64,000 nucleotides of DNA from NCBI RefSeq assembly GCF_051903065.1, contig NZ_CP178438.1; one strand, written 5' to 3'. The position numbers were made by a program, and so were the translations under genes. The notes beneath the pieces were generated by a model that ran no database searches, was not told where the DNA came from, and was given only the letters and a program-made list of their open reading frames with translations. Shown in pieces: positions 9,932 to 21,800 of the stretch (positions within the stretch are counted from its first letter, which is position 1; the number at the start of each line of letters is the position of its first letter). The DNA comes from Escherichia coli. Its GTDB lineage: Bacteria; Pseudomonadota; Gammaproteobacteria; Enterobacterales; Enterobacteriaceae.

Positions 9932-10174
9932 TCACTTACCAACAATGACGCGGAAGTTGGAATGACCTAGGGATTCACGGACCTGATCGGTTTTGTACAT
10001 TAAATAACGCAGACTTACGCGGCCTTTGTTTTTTTCTTTCTTGACCATGTATTTAGCAAGCTGACCATGGTGAATTTTTTGATACACGGAGCCGCGGGAG
10101 ATACCTTCCCATTCCGCGAACTCTGCTGGCGTAGCCATCTCTTTTGGTACACGAATTGAAATATCAGTGCTCAT
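9932..10174 (-). CDS. Apl/Cox-like excisionase and lytic-switch HTH protein
   Basis: 80-aa HTH ORF first in the early operon, divergent from the repressor gene. Confidence 0.6.
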   Translation of the reverse strand: MSTDISIRVPKEMATPAEFAEWEGISRGSVYQKIHHGQLAKYMVKKEKNKGRVSLRYLMYKTDQVRESLGHSNFRVIVGK

Positions 10175-10233
10175 AGTGCAGTATCTCCCGATTAAGGTTT
10201 GGTTTACGTCGTTTTATCTCGTTTTACTTGATT

Positions 10234-10276
10234 CAATATTTGATACATCGAGATACTACGATCCAATATTTGATAC
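10234..10276. promoter_or_regulatory. Putative operator repeats in the CI/apl divergent promoter region
   Basis: Two copies of CAATATTTGATAC spaced 30 bp apart. Confidence 0.4.
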
Positions 10277-10293
10277 GTCAACAGGATTAAAAA

Positions 10294-10926
10294 ATGATAC
10301 AGGTAAAGGCTGGAGAGAATACAGGGGGAAGAGAGGCTATCCATAGACTAATGGCAGCCTATGATTTCAAGTCCAGACAGCAACTTTGCGATCACTTAGG
10401 CGCATCAAAAAGCACCATGGCAAACAGATACTTAAGAGATAGTTTTCCTGCAGAGTGGGTGATTCAGTGCGCCTTGGAAACAGGAGTTTCTTTACTGTGG
10501 CTAACCACCGGACAGGGAGAGCCAGGTCCAAACATTGAACCTAAAAAAAATATCAATTCCGTGAACTCCAGCAAAGTTGTACCTCTTTCTGAACTAGTAT
10601 CTCCTGAAATTGACAAGGCGACTCTCAACGGTGGTTTATTGGTCGATGCTGGAAAAGCAATCATTGATAGCAGCATACTCCCCTCAGACTCAAGCAACCT
10701 ACTGCTGGTGACTACTTCTGGTGATTCTTATTTAATAGATCGCAACCAAACACCACCAGTAAATGGTATGTGGTTAGTCGATATCGACGGGATAAAAAGC
10801 ATTGTTAAATTGACTCGGCTCCCGGGAAACAAATTAGTAGTGCATCAGGATGATTCATCGTTTGAGTGCGGTCTGGATGACATTGAGGTAGTAGGCCGCG
10901 CACTGAAAATCATTAAGAGCCTTTGA
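10294..10926 (+). CDS. cI: Prophage CI-like immunity repressor
   Basis: 210-aa ORF with N-terminal HTH, located directly upstream of int as in 186. Confidence 0.6.
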   Translation: MIQVKAGENTGGREAIHRLMAAYDFKSRQQLCDHLGASKSTMANRYLRDSFPAEWVIQCALETGVSLLWLTTGQGEPGPNIEPKKNINSVNSSKVVPLSELVSPEIDKATLNGGLLVDAGKAIIDSSILPSDSSNLLLVTTSGDSYLIDRNQTPPVNGMWLVDIDGIKSIVKLTRLPGNKLVVHQDDSSFECGLDDIEVVGRALKIIKSL

Positions 10927-10927
10927 T

Positions 10928-11941
10928 ATGACCATCAGAAAACAGCCGAACGGAAAATGGTTGTGTGAGTGCTATCCCAATGGACGCAATGGCAAGCGCG
11001 TGCGTAAGCAATTTGCTACGAAAGGCGAAGCCATTGCGTTTGAAAGCTTCACAATGGAAGAAGTGAATAAAAAACCGTGGTTGGGTGAAAAGGATGATCG
11101 GCGACGCCTATCAGAATTAATTGAGCTTTGGTATTCCCTGTATGGTCAAACACTCGCAGACCCCAAGCGCCTCATGGCGAAACTTAGAATTATCTGTAAT
11201 GGTCTAGGCGATCCCATCGCCTCAGAACTGACAGCTGGTGACTTTACAAAATACCGCGAAGCACGGTTAAAAGGTGAAATACGAAATGAAGATGGCACGC
11301 TTATGTCGCCCGTTAAGCCCCGCACGGTAAACCTTGAACAGCGCAATCTATCATCTGTGTTCGGTACATTAAAAAAACTAGGACACTGGTCAGCACCAAA
11401 CCCGCTGGCAGGACTTCCGACCTTCAAAATTGCCGAAGGTGAGCTGGCTTTTCTTTCCACAGACGAAATCAAGCGCCTGTTGGCGGCATGTGCTGAATCT
11501 CAAAACCCTAGCTTACTAATGATTGCAAAAATATGCCTAGCTACTGGCGCACGGTGGAGTGAAGCCGAAAATCTGCAGGGCCACCAAATATCGAAATACC
11601 GAATTACTTATACAAAAACAAAAGGCAAGAAAAACAGAACAGTACCCATATCACAGGAGCTGTATGACGAACTCCCAAAGAACAGAGGGAAGTTATTCTC
11701 ACCATGTAGAAAAGCCTTTGAACGAGCAGTAAAACGGGCAGGTATAGATCTACCGGATGGCCAATGCACCCACGTGCTGCGACATACGTTTGCTAGTCAC
11801 TTTATGATGAATGGCGGGAACATACTTGTGCTAAGGGATATTTTGGGACATTCGGATATCAAGATGACCATGGTTTACTCACATTTCTCACCAGATCATC
11901 TTGAAGATGCCGTTACTAAGAACCCATTAAACTTGATATAA
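10928..11941 (+). CDS. int: Tyrosine integrase, P2 family
   Basis: 337 aa; C-terminal HxLRHT...Y catalytic region; resembles P2 Int. Confidence 0.9.
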   Translation: MTIRKQPNGKWLCECYPNGRNGKRVRKQFATKGEAIAFESFTMEEVNKKPWLGEKDDRRRLSELIELWYSLYGQTLADPKRLMAKLRIICNGLGDPIASELTAGDFTKYREARLKGEIRNEDGTLMSPVKPRTVNLEQRNLSSVFGTLKKLGHWSAPNPLAGLPTFKIAEGELAFLSTDEIKRLLAACAESQNPSLLMIAKICLATGARWSEAENLQGHQISKYRITYTKTKGKKNRTVPISQELYDELPKNRGKLFSPCRKAFERAVKRAGIDLPDGQCTHVLRHTFASHFMMNGGNILVLRDILGHSDIKMTMVYSHFSPDHLEDAVTKNPLNLI

Positions 11942-11954
11942 AACAGCCAAAATT

Positions 11955-13712
11955 CTATTTCATCAAGTAATCCAATTCATCCTTCATAGGTATAACTTGC
12001 TCATAAAGTCTATGGTAGGATTTTCCAATTGCGCCCCTAAATTGAATAAGTTTAGGGGAAAAGCTACCGATATTAATAATATGTTCTTGCGCTATACCAG
12101 GATATGGATCGATAAAAATAATCTCTGTCATACCTAACTGATAAGCTTTTTTAGCACAAAGTTCACAAGGGCTAGCTGTAGTATATAGTTTCCCTCCATT
12201 AATACCGACCCCACCATATTTGGCCAATTGCAAAAAAGCATTCTCCTCTGCGTGTAATGCACGGGTATGCACTTGATTCCCTTTCTTTTCATCATCAAGG
12301 CTGTTGTGAATATCTTTAAAACAATATGGCAAATTAAGTCCTTTAAAAACAGTAGAACTTGAATCACTCGCCCTTATTTTTATTAAATTTTCTTTAACTT
12401 TACTCCTAAATTTTGTATTACTTCGTTCGTACAGGCTATATGTTCCCTCATCAAAATCATGCAATAACCCATCAAATGACCTCATAGAACAAGGAACTTG
12501 ACCTTTTGCTACATCGTTCCAACCAACTGACTTGATAGAGTTATCATTATCTGTCACAACCGCCCCTACTTGCCTAGATATACATCCAGAATTTAGTTTT
12601 ACAGTATATGCAACTTGCATAACCCTTTCCATGGCGGTAGGAGATATTAATCCAGGGTGTTGCATTAATGATACATACCACGCAATTTGTGCTTTGAGAA
12701 AATTATTATTATCAAATTCTTTTTTAGGGTTAAAAAAATGTATATCTGAAATTTCAATGCATTTTTTTACATTAGGATTAGTAAGATGATTATACTCGCC
12801 ATCTCCTTTACCAGATTCTTCATCATTAATTTTCTTTATCTGTTCCTCTGAGAACTTATGTAATTTCTTTAAATATCTGGTTCGATGTTCATCTGGTGCA
12901 TTTATAGAAACCAGATGGAATGCAGCATATCTATCTTTGAAGAATTTAGCTTCATACGGGTTACGTATCGCATCAATGACTATATACGCTTTATTATTCT
13001 TTACTTTTCTAATTATTTTAATAACACGATTAATTGTTTCAGGTAAATGAAAAACAGCCTTTGGAATAAAGTCTTGATTTTCATAATCTACATCAACCTT
13101 CCCTATTCTTCTAATTGACTTTCCTGCTGACTGATATAGCTCAATATATAAACCTGGCTCTAGTTCATTTAATTCCCTTTTAAAATCCCGTGTAAATTTT
13201 CGAGTAAGAGTTAATATCCTAATAAAGGTATCTTTCCCCCTGCCTTTAAAGTCAATCTCATCATCATGATTAAGAAGATTTTTTATCACCTCAAGATATT
13301 TTATCTTCAACAAACTTTTAGCGAACACACCATTAACAACCAGTTTCTTGGCTACCTTAAAGGAAATCGAATTTTCTTTTTTATCGGGGATTTTACTTGC
13401 AGAAAACTGAATGAATTTAGCTAAGGCCGATGGAGATAAAAGGAGCAAATATATTGAAATGAGATCACTGACCTTTATCGAATAGAAGTTCTTCCAATGA
13501 GTCTCTGCAAAATTTTTTACTATTTCATAACGCCGCAAATCCAATCCTTTATAATACTCAGCCAAGACGTTACTATCTGGAAAAGATATTTCTTTTTGTT
13601 CTAAAATATTTGCTGCAGTAGTACATCCTGAGCCAGTTCTCCCAGTTAAACCAATAAGAATAAATTGACTATTTTCTAAAAAAAGCTCACTAATAAATTT
13701 GTGTTCTCTCAT
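11955..13712 (-). CDS. P-loop nucleotide-kinase / cytidine-deaminase fusion protein (candidate antiphage dCTP-deaminase-type cargo gene)
   Basis: N-terminal GLTGRTGSGCTT Walker-A-like motif; C-terminal HAEENA...PCELC zinc-deaminase motif; AT-rich; lies between int and attR. Confidence 0.65.
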   Translation of the reverse strand: MREHKFISELFLENSQFILIGLTGRTGSGCTTAANILEQKEISFPDSNVLAEYYKGLDLRRYEIVKNFAETHWKNFYSIKVSDLISIYLLLLSPSALAKFIQFSASKIPDKKENSISFKVAKKLVVNGVFAKSLLKIKYLEVIKNLLNHDDEIDFKGRGKDTFIRILTLTRKFTRDFKRELNELEPGLYIELYQSAGKSIRRIGKVDVDYENQDFIPKAVFHLPETINRVIKIIRKVKNNKAYIVIDAIRNPYEAKFFKDRYAAFHLVSINAPDEHRTRYLKKLHKFSEEQIKKINDEESGKGDGEYNHLTNPNVKKCIEISDIHFFNPKKEFDNNNFLKAQIAWYVSLMQHPGLISPTAMERVMQVAYTVKLNSGCISRQVGAVVTDNDNSIKSVGWNDVAKGQVPCSMRSFDGLLHDFDEGTYSLYERSNTKFRSKVKENLIKIRASDSSSTVFKGLNLPYCFKDIHNSLDDEKKGNQVHTRALHAEENAFLQLAKYGGVGINGGKLYTTASPCELCAKKAYQLGMTEIIFIDPYPGIAQEHIINIGSFSPKLIQFRGAIGKSYHRLYEQVIPMKDELDYLMK

Positions 13713-13934
13713 TTCGCACCTGTTACGTTATAACACAAGTCTCTTCCATGTTGTATTTATTAGTATTTATTAAAAAACAAGAAATTGCAACATAGCGGTA
13801 ACAATACACACACCAAGAAAATGGCGGCAACTTGGCGGCAGAGCTTTAAAAACGTATAAAACGGATAAACACAAAACAATACCAACCAACTGTTTTTGAA
13901 AACAAATTATTGTTTTCATTATAATATAAATGGT

Positions 13935-13979
13935 ATGTAGGAATTTCGGACGCGGGTTCAACTCCCGCCAGCTCCACCA
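13935..13979 (+). other. Partial duplicate of ssrA (tmRNA) 3' end: prophage/island attR
   Basis: ATGTAGGAATTTCGGACGCGGGTTCAACTCCCGCCAGCTCCACCA matches the tmRNA 3' terminus (T-arm, acceptor, CCA) with no upstream tmRNA body. Confidence 0.85.
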
Positions 13980-14108
13980 ATCATGATTGGACGGTGTAAA
14001 AACAACACCAACAAAAACAGGAAGTTAGAAGTCTCAGCAGGACACCGACCAGACGGTGAGGAGACATAAAAGGATACGCAAAGGAGCCGCGGCTCCTGGT
14101 GACATGAA

Positions 14109-14130
14109 AGCCCACAGATGTGGGCTTTTT
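14109..14130 (+). terminator. Rho-independent terminator hairpin
   Basis: gcccaca-ga-tgtgggc stem followed by TTTTT. Confidence 0.6.
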
Positions 14131-14139
14131 CGTTGATGG

Positions 14140-17100
14140 TCAGAACGACCAGTTCACACCAGCCACCGCGTTCCACGGGGATTCCACATCGGCACCGTTG
14201 CTATACCCCACCCCGAGATGCCCGCTTAACGTACTGCTGAATGAGGCTTTAATACCTGCCTGGTATATTTCACGTCTGCCCGACAAATCATTGACGAAAT
14301 TACCGTCATTATTCACCTTCACCCGGTTATCATCGACAAATTCTTTGCGCACAGCCGCCTTCAGCCACGGCTCAACTTCCATACCGTTCCCCAGACGCAT
14401 GTTGTAACTCAGCGTTGCACCCAGTTCACGATATATACTGCGGGTATCGACTGATTTCGATTCCATGCCATTGGATAAATGATATTCAGGGTTATCAGCG
14501 GTGAACCCCGTTAACGATGCATACGGCGTCAGGTTCCAGTTACCATCGGTAAATCGCATCCCGGTTTCAATGTGACCGCCCAGCCCGTTGCTGCGATAAC
14601 TGCCGTTGGCGGCTCCACCGCTGCTCATTTTACCGGCTACGTTACTTTCAAAACGGTTCAGCTTCACGACACCGTCCAGATAAAAACCACTTTCATGTTC
14701 CCAACTGGCATAGCCGCCCAGAGAATAACTGCCCACACTGCCATGTCCTCCGCGATCAAAACCGATATGTGAATGGGAATAGCCCATAAAAGCGCCCAGC
14801 GTGGCAATCCCTTCAGGAATATCATTACGACTGTCGATTCCCACTGTCATTCCGGTCAGCGTCTGCTCAAACCCGGCACCCGCATCGGTGGTGACATTAT
14901 TACGGGTGTTATACGTCGCCCCCCAGACATTATTGTTGTGTGGACTCGCTTTCATTATGTTCAACCGCTCGCGAATACTGTTTAGCTCAGCATCAAATAC
15001 CAACGGTAATGTTGCAGCCATATTGAGTACGGCTGCCGTAGAAGGCGTGATGCGTTTCTCCGGAACGGGTGTCGGCGTTGGATCGGGAGTCGGGTCTGGT
15101 TTCGGATCCGGTTTTGGGTCTGGTTTTGGATCTGGCTTCGGATTTGGGTTGGGATTTGGGTTGGGATCCGGGTTGGGTTTGACATCATTGGTCAGGTTCC
15201 AGTTGCTGTTGCCATCGCTTTTCAGGACATACTCATAGGTCCCAAGATCAACGAAACCGCCAGTATTGCCCAGCGAAAACGAAGCATCCCCTCCCCCTGT
15301 TTTCACCAGCGTCATCGCGTCGTCAGACTGAGGGCTGACGCCGGTATCCTGAACAAAGATTTTAAAATTACCAGTGGCGTTGTTGTTGACGACCAGTTGA
15401 TCGCCCCGGGAGCCAGCAACGTTGGTATGCAGGTAGAAATTACCGCTACCGGAAAGTTCATTGGTTGTCAGCGTATTGTAGATACCGTTAGTTGTGGCAG
15501 GCGCTGCTGTTTGTGCTGATAAATAAACATCACCGTCGTTGAGTAGCAAACTGTTTACTCTATATTCGCAGTTGCTGGTACCTGCACAGGAATTATTGCT
15601 GTTAAGCCAGACACTGCCCCGGCTGGCAGCCGTCAGGTCGGCAAGCGTGGTATCGACGCCATTTCCCAGAGTTAATGTCGCGCTATCGGTAATCCGAACC
15701 GCCCCTTCAAGTTTTACTGGCGTAACATTATCCCGTGGCGTGATTAACGACAGGCTTCCTGTCGCGCCACTGACCGATGCATCCGCCAGCGTACCTGCGT
15801 AGATGATTGCCGTCCCGCCAGCGACCTGGAGATCTTCTGCCCGGGCCAGAGGCTGAAACTCATCTTTTGACCGCCCAAGGGTATATTGCCCGCCAGAGTT
15901 AACCTTTGTAGCGGAGTCCTGACCCAGGTTTTGCATTGCACCACCCTTGCCAACCGTGGAGTCATGGGCTTCGGTACCTGCTAATACCAATAAATTACCA
16001 CCATTTTCCAGCAACATATTGGTCGCTAAATTTCCGGCAATGGAAAAGGTGCCGTACTGGTGAGTACCGCTGATTTCAATACCGTTAGCCGTGCTCGTCT
16101 GGAGAGCGGCACCGCTGTTCTGGACGATATCTGTCGCTTTGCCATTATCGTTGACTGTCAGCGTTCCGCCTTCATTGATCGTTGTTTTTATTGCTTCTCC
16201 GTTAGCTGAAACTGTTTGTATTCCGCCGTCGTTAATTGTTGTCTCATTCGCCACACCCTCGACGATTTGTTCACCGCCGGTGAGCGTCGTGCCTGTCGCA
16301 GTGGCTTTTGTTTTGACGATCTCCCGTCCGCCCGTATTGACCTGTGTTTTGTCAGAAGAGGTGTCTGACTCTACGGTTAACACGCCGCCATTTGCCAGCA
16401 GGATATTGTTCGCCGCACCCTGCTCGATGCTGAACGCGACGCCATCCGCGCGTGTTCCTGTGACCCGCGTCGCCCTGGTGGTTGCAACCAAAGCGCCCTG
16501 CCTACTCTGCTGTATCCCCGTTGCGCTGCCTTTCTCCCACACATCGAGTGTGCCGCCGTCATTAAGCACCGAGTTTTCAGCCAGACCGCCCTCATTAACT
16601 ACCTGTGAACCCCCATTAATAATGGAACCTTCCGCTGTCCCGTTTGCCATAATTTGTTGTAGGCCAGAGACGATATCGGTATTGATTGCCTTACCATAAT
16701 TCTGAACGGTTTGCGTGCCACCATTGATGTGTGTTTTCTCTGTTGACCCACCATCAACAATTTGTTCACCACTTTCGATATTTGCCTCAGTGGCTAATCC
16801 ATATACCGTTTGCTTGCCACCTTTGATATTTGCTTTATCAGAAGTGGCACTGGCATATATTGTTTGGGTGCCAGCACTATTGAGTACAGTGCCAACATCT
16901 TTTCCATAAACATCCATTTTGCCGTTGGCATTAATAATCGTATCAACTGCCCGGGAACCAGTGACGACTGTTAATGAGCCAGCGTTTTCCAGCACTACAT
17001 TTTTAGCTTCTGAATTCCTGATGTAGAAAGCATCACCATAACTGTTGGTTCCTTCGATAAGTGTTCCGGAGGTCGTGGAAGCAATTAATGCGCCGCCGGA

Positions 17101-17470
17101 TTGTTGCTCAACATGCTTAGCCTCACCACCGTCCTGAACCTCCAGAACGCCGCCATTATTAAGTCTGGTGCTATCTGTTTTAGCCTCCTTCTGGACAATC
17201 AGCTTACCGCCAGCATCAATGGTAGTATTTTTCGCCGAGGTTTTAGCCACTACCGTCAGTTCGCCGGTATTTTCCAGCACAACATAATTAGCCTCCCCTC
17301 CGGTAATAGTGAAGTGAGAGAGCTTGTTGTATCCTTCGATATCAGTCCCTGCACCCGTGTTGGCAACTAAAGCACTGCCCGTCTCCTGGTTAACCCCATG
17401 TGCAATACCGCCGGTATAGACAATCAGCGAGCCTCCGGCGCTAATATTGCTGCCAATTGCCGTACCATCT
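14140..17470 (-). pseudogene. ypjA: Autotransporter adhesin (YpjA-like), 5'-truncated by IS903
   Basis: Repetitive passenger domain, PNPDP/KPDP linker, C-terminal beta-barrel ending in WSF; ORF lacks signal peptide and runs into the IS903 end. Confidence 0.7.
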
Positions 17471-18527
17471 GGCTTTGTTGAATAAATCAGATTTCGGGTA
17501 AGTCTCCCCCGTAGCGGGTTGTGTTTTCAGGCAATACGCACGCTTTCAGGCATACCTGCTTTCGTCATTTTGTTCAGCGCTCGTACCAGGGCCATAGCCT
17601 CTGCAACCTGACCATCGTAGTCACGCAGTGTCAGTGAACCCCCGAACAGCTGTTTTACCCGGTACATCGCCGTTTCCGCTATCGAGCGACGGTTGTAATC
17701 TGTTGTCCATTTCCACCGCGCATTACTCCCGGTCATTCGCTGATTAGCCACTGCACGGTTACGGTCTGCATATTCACCGGGCCAGTAACCCGCACCTTTT
17801 CGGGGAGGGATAAGCGCGCTGATTTTCTTACGCCGCAGTTCATCGTGACATAGCCGGGTATCGTAAGCGCCATCGGCGGCGGCTGACCTGATTTTCCGGT
17901 GGGTTTGCCGGATTAACCCGGGGAAGGCCTCTGAGTCCGTAACGTTGTTCAGCGACAGGTCAGCGCAGATGATTTCATGTGTTTTACTGTCAACGGCGAG
18001 ATGCAGCTTACGCCAGATACGGCGGCGTTCCTGGCCATGCTTTTTGACTTTCCACTCGCCTTCACCGAAGACCTTCAGCCCGGTGGAATCAATTACCAGG
18101 TGTGCGATTTCACCCCGGGTGGGCGTTTTGAAACTGACATTAACCGACTTTGCCCGCCTGCTGACACAGCTGTAATCCGGGCAGCGTAGCGGAACGTTCA
18201 TCAGAGAAAAAATGGAATCAATAAAGCCCTGCGCAGCGCGCAGGGTCAGCCTGAATACGCGTTTAATGACCAGCACAGTCGTGATGGCAAGGTCAGAATA
18301 GCGCTGAGGTCTGCCTCGTGAAGAAGGTGTTGCTGACTCATACCAGGCCTGAATAGCTTCATCATCCAGCCAGAAAGTTATGGAGCCACGGTTGATGAGG
18401 GCTTTATTGTAGGTGGGCCAGTTGGTGATTTTGAACTTTTGCTTTGCCACGGAACGGTCTGCGTTGTCGGGAAGATACGTGATCTGATCCTTCAACTCAG
18501 CAAAAGTTCGATTTATTCAACAAAGCC
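17471..18527 (-). mobile_element. IS903-group insertion sequence (IS5 family), complete 1057 bp
   Basis: Terminal inverted repeats GGCTTTGTTGAATAAATC at both ends. Confidence 0.85.
17527..18495 (-). CDS. IS903 transposase
   Basis: 322-aa ORF; translation matches IS903 transposase as recalled. Confidence 0.85.
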   Translation of the reverse strand: MKDQITYLPDNADRSVAKQKFKITNWPTYNKALINRGSITFWLDDEAIQAWYESATPSSRGRPQRYSDLAITTVLVIKRVFRLTLRAAQGFIDSIFSLMNVPLRCPDYSCVSRRAKSVNVSFKTPTRGEIAHLVIDSTGLKVFGEGEWKVKKHGQERRRIWRKLHLAVDSKTHEIICADLSLNNVTDSEAFPGLIRQTHRKIRSAAADGAYDTRLCHDELRRKKISALIPPRKGAGYWPGEYADRNRAVANQRMTGSNARWKWTTDYNRRSIAETAMYRVKQLFGGSLTLRDYDGQVAEAMALVRALNKMTKAGMPESVRIA

Positions 18528-18583
18528 GGGTGATGCTGCCAACTTACTGATTTAGTGTATGATGGTGTTTTTGAGGTGCTCCA

Positions 18584-18859
18584 GTGGCTTCTGTTTCTAT
18601 CAGCTGTCCCTCCTGTTCAGCTACTGACGGGGTGGTGCGTAACGGCAAAAGCACCGCCGGACATCAGCGCTATCTCTGCTCTCACTGCCGTAAAACATGG
18701 CAACTGCAGTTCACTTACACCGCTTCTCAACCCGGTACGCACCAGAAAATCATTGATATGGCCATGAATGGCGTTGGATGCCGGGCAACAGCCCGCATTA
18801 TGGGCGTTGGCCTCAACACGATTTTACGTCACTTAAAAAACTCAGGCCGCAGTCGGTAA
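18584..18859 (+). CDS. insA: IS1 InsA
   Basis: [21 protein letters not shown]... translation. Confidence 0.9.
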
Positions 18860-19281
18860 CCTCGCGCATACAGCCGGGCAGTGACGTCATCGTCTGCGCG
18901 GAAATGGACGAACAGTGGGGCTATGTCGGGGCTAAATCGCGCCAGCGCTGGCTGTTTTACGCGTATGACAGGCTCCGGAAGACGGTTGTTGCGCACGTAT
19001 TCGGTGAACGCACTATGGCGACGCTGGGGCGTCTTATGAGCCTGCTGTCACCCTTTGACGTGGTGATATGGATGACGGATGGCTGGCCGCTGTATGAATC
19101 CCGCCTGAAGGGAAAGCTGCACGTAATCAGCAAGCGATATACGCAGCGAATTGAGCGGCATAACCTGAATCTGAGGCAGCACCTGGCACGGCTGGGACGG
19201 AAGTCGCTGTCGTTCTCAAAATCGGTGGAGCTGCATGACAAAGTCATCGGGCATTATCTGAACATAAAACACTATCAATAA
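18778..19281 (+). CDS. insB: IS1 InsB (transposase expressed as InsAB' by frameshift)
   Basis: 167-aa ORF overlapping insA in the -1 frame. Confidence 0.9.
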
Positions 19282-19296
19282 GTTGGAGTCATTACC

Positions 19297-20468
19297 AAGA
19301 ACGTAAACAAATCCATCCAGAAGATATACATCTCACTGCAAAAGACTTCGAAGCAAGTAAAGATAACATCTCTAAGGATGAATGGGAAAACCTCCATGCA
19401 TTAAAAGAAAAGCGTTTAAATGGAATGCCTAAAACAACCCCCAAAAGTGACCAGGTTATTATGCTGCAAAATCAATACGTTCGTGAAATGCGAAAATATG
19501 GCGTACGAGGTTTACGTTATGATGCGGCAAAACACTCAAAACATGAACAAATAGAAAGATCAATAACCCCACCGCTTAAAAATTATAATGAGCGATTACA
19601 CAATACTAACTTATTTAACCCAAAATATCATGAAAAAGCCGTTATGAATTACATGGAATATCTGGTAACTAGTCAGTTGGATGAACAACAAATGTCATCG
19701 CTGCTTTATGAAAGAGATGATTTAAGCGCCATTGATTTTTCATTGCTCATGAAGACGATAAAAGCCTTTTCATTTGGTGGCGATCTCCAAACCCTTGCAT
19801 CAAAACCGGGTTCCACAATCTCAAGCATCCCATCAGAAAGACGGATATTGATTAACATTAACCACGATTTCCCTAACAATGGTAATCTTTTCAATGACTT
19901 TCTATTTAACCATCAACAAGATGAACAATTAGCAATGGCATATATGGCCGCTCTCCCGTTCAGCAGGCCTTTAGTTTACTGGGATGGCCAAGTATTAAAA
20001 TCAACGACTGAGATTAAAAATGATGATGGGTCCACGCGTGTCGGCGGTGAGGCGTGGCTTAATAAAGGTTGCTCTACCTATCAGCAGCTCTACAATGAAT
20101 TCCACGCATTATATATAGATAAAGCAGGAATATGGAGCGCATTTGAGGGTGTATTTGCAACTAAAAACGTTCTGGCCTTTAGTCGTGGGGATTCTGTGAA
20201 TATTAATCACTCTCCTCATGACGGACTAGTTATAATAAATAAAGGAAACGAAGAAATTGAAGGTGCCTGGCCTAACAAATTGCAACCAGGAATATATAAA
20301 AATATGGGGAGTAATAGCGTTAACATTATTATTAATAATACACGCAAAAGTATTCCCCCTGGTAAAGTATTTACGCTTAAAGGCGGAACTCTAAATATCA
20401 ACATTCCTGGGCGTAGCGCTCTTCTTTTAGGGAAAACAGGAGAACTGCCGAACTATCTCTATTTGTAA
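19297..20468 (+). pseudogene. ygaQ: 3' fragment of a glycoside-hydrolase family 13 (alpha-amylase-like, YgaQ-type) gene truncated by IS1
   Basis: Reading frame open from the IS1 boundary; GLRYDAAKH catalytic-region motif. Confidence 0.55.
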
Positions 20469-20690
20469 TTTAATGTTATATCTGCCCCGCTAAAACGGGG
20501 CAGATAATATGTTTAGTTTACTGACGGTCATTTTGCAGTGAAGCCATTTACTGTTTTTTATCGACCAGATAATCTGTTCTCTGATGGTAATTCCCCCCTA
20601 ACCTGTTGCTTTAGTTATTCATTTCCTGTCTCACTTTGCCTTAATACCCTACGTTAAATGTTACTAATTTGTTGTTTTTGATCACAATAA

Positions 20691-21782
<1,092 letters not shown>

Positions 21783-21800
21783 CGCAAAGGAATTGAGCGG

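Larger units (their letters stand above)
18529..19296 (+). mobile_element. IS1 insertion sequence, complete 768 bp
   Basis: GGTGATGCTGCC left end and ...ATTACC right end; insA and insB ORFs. Confidence 0.9.

Noticed and set aside
15539-16909. Plus-strand ORFs inside the autotransporter region
   Set aside because: Antisense to the repetitive passenger domain; the repetitive, proline/serine-rich translations reflect the repeat structure, not genes.
14140-17470. Calling the autotransporter an intact adhesin gene
   Set aside because: The ORF has no start codon or signal peptide and runs directly into the IS903 inverted repeat, so it is a 5'-truncated pseudogene.
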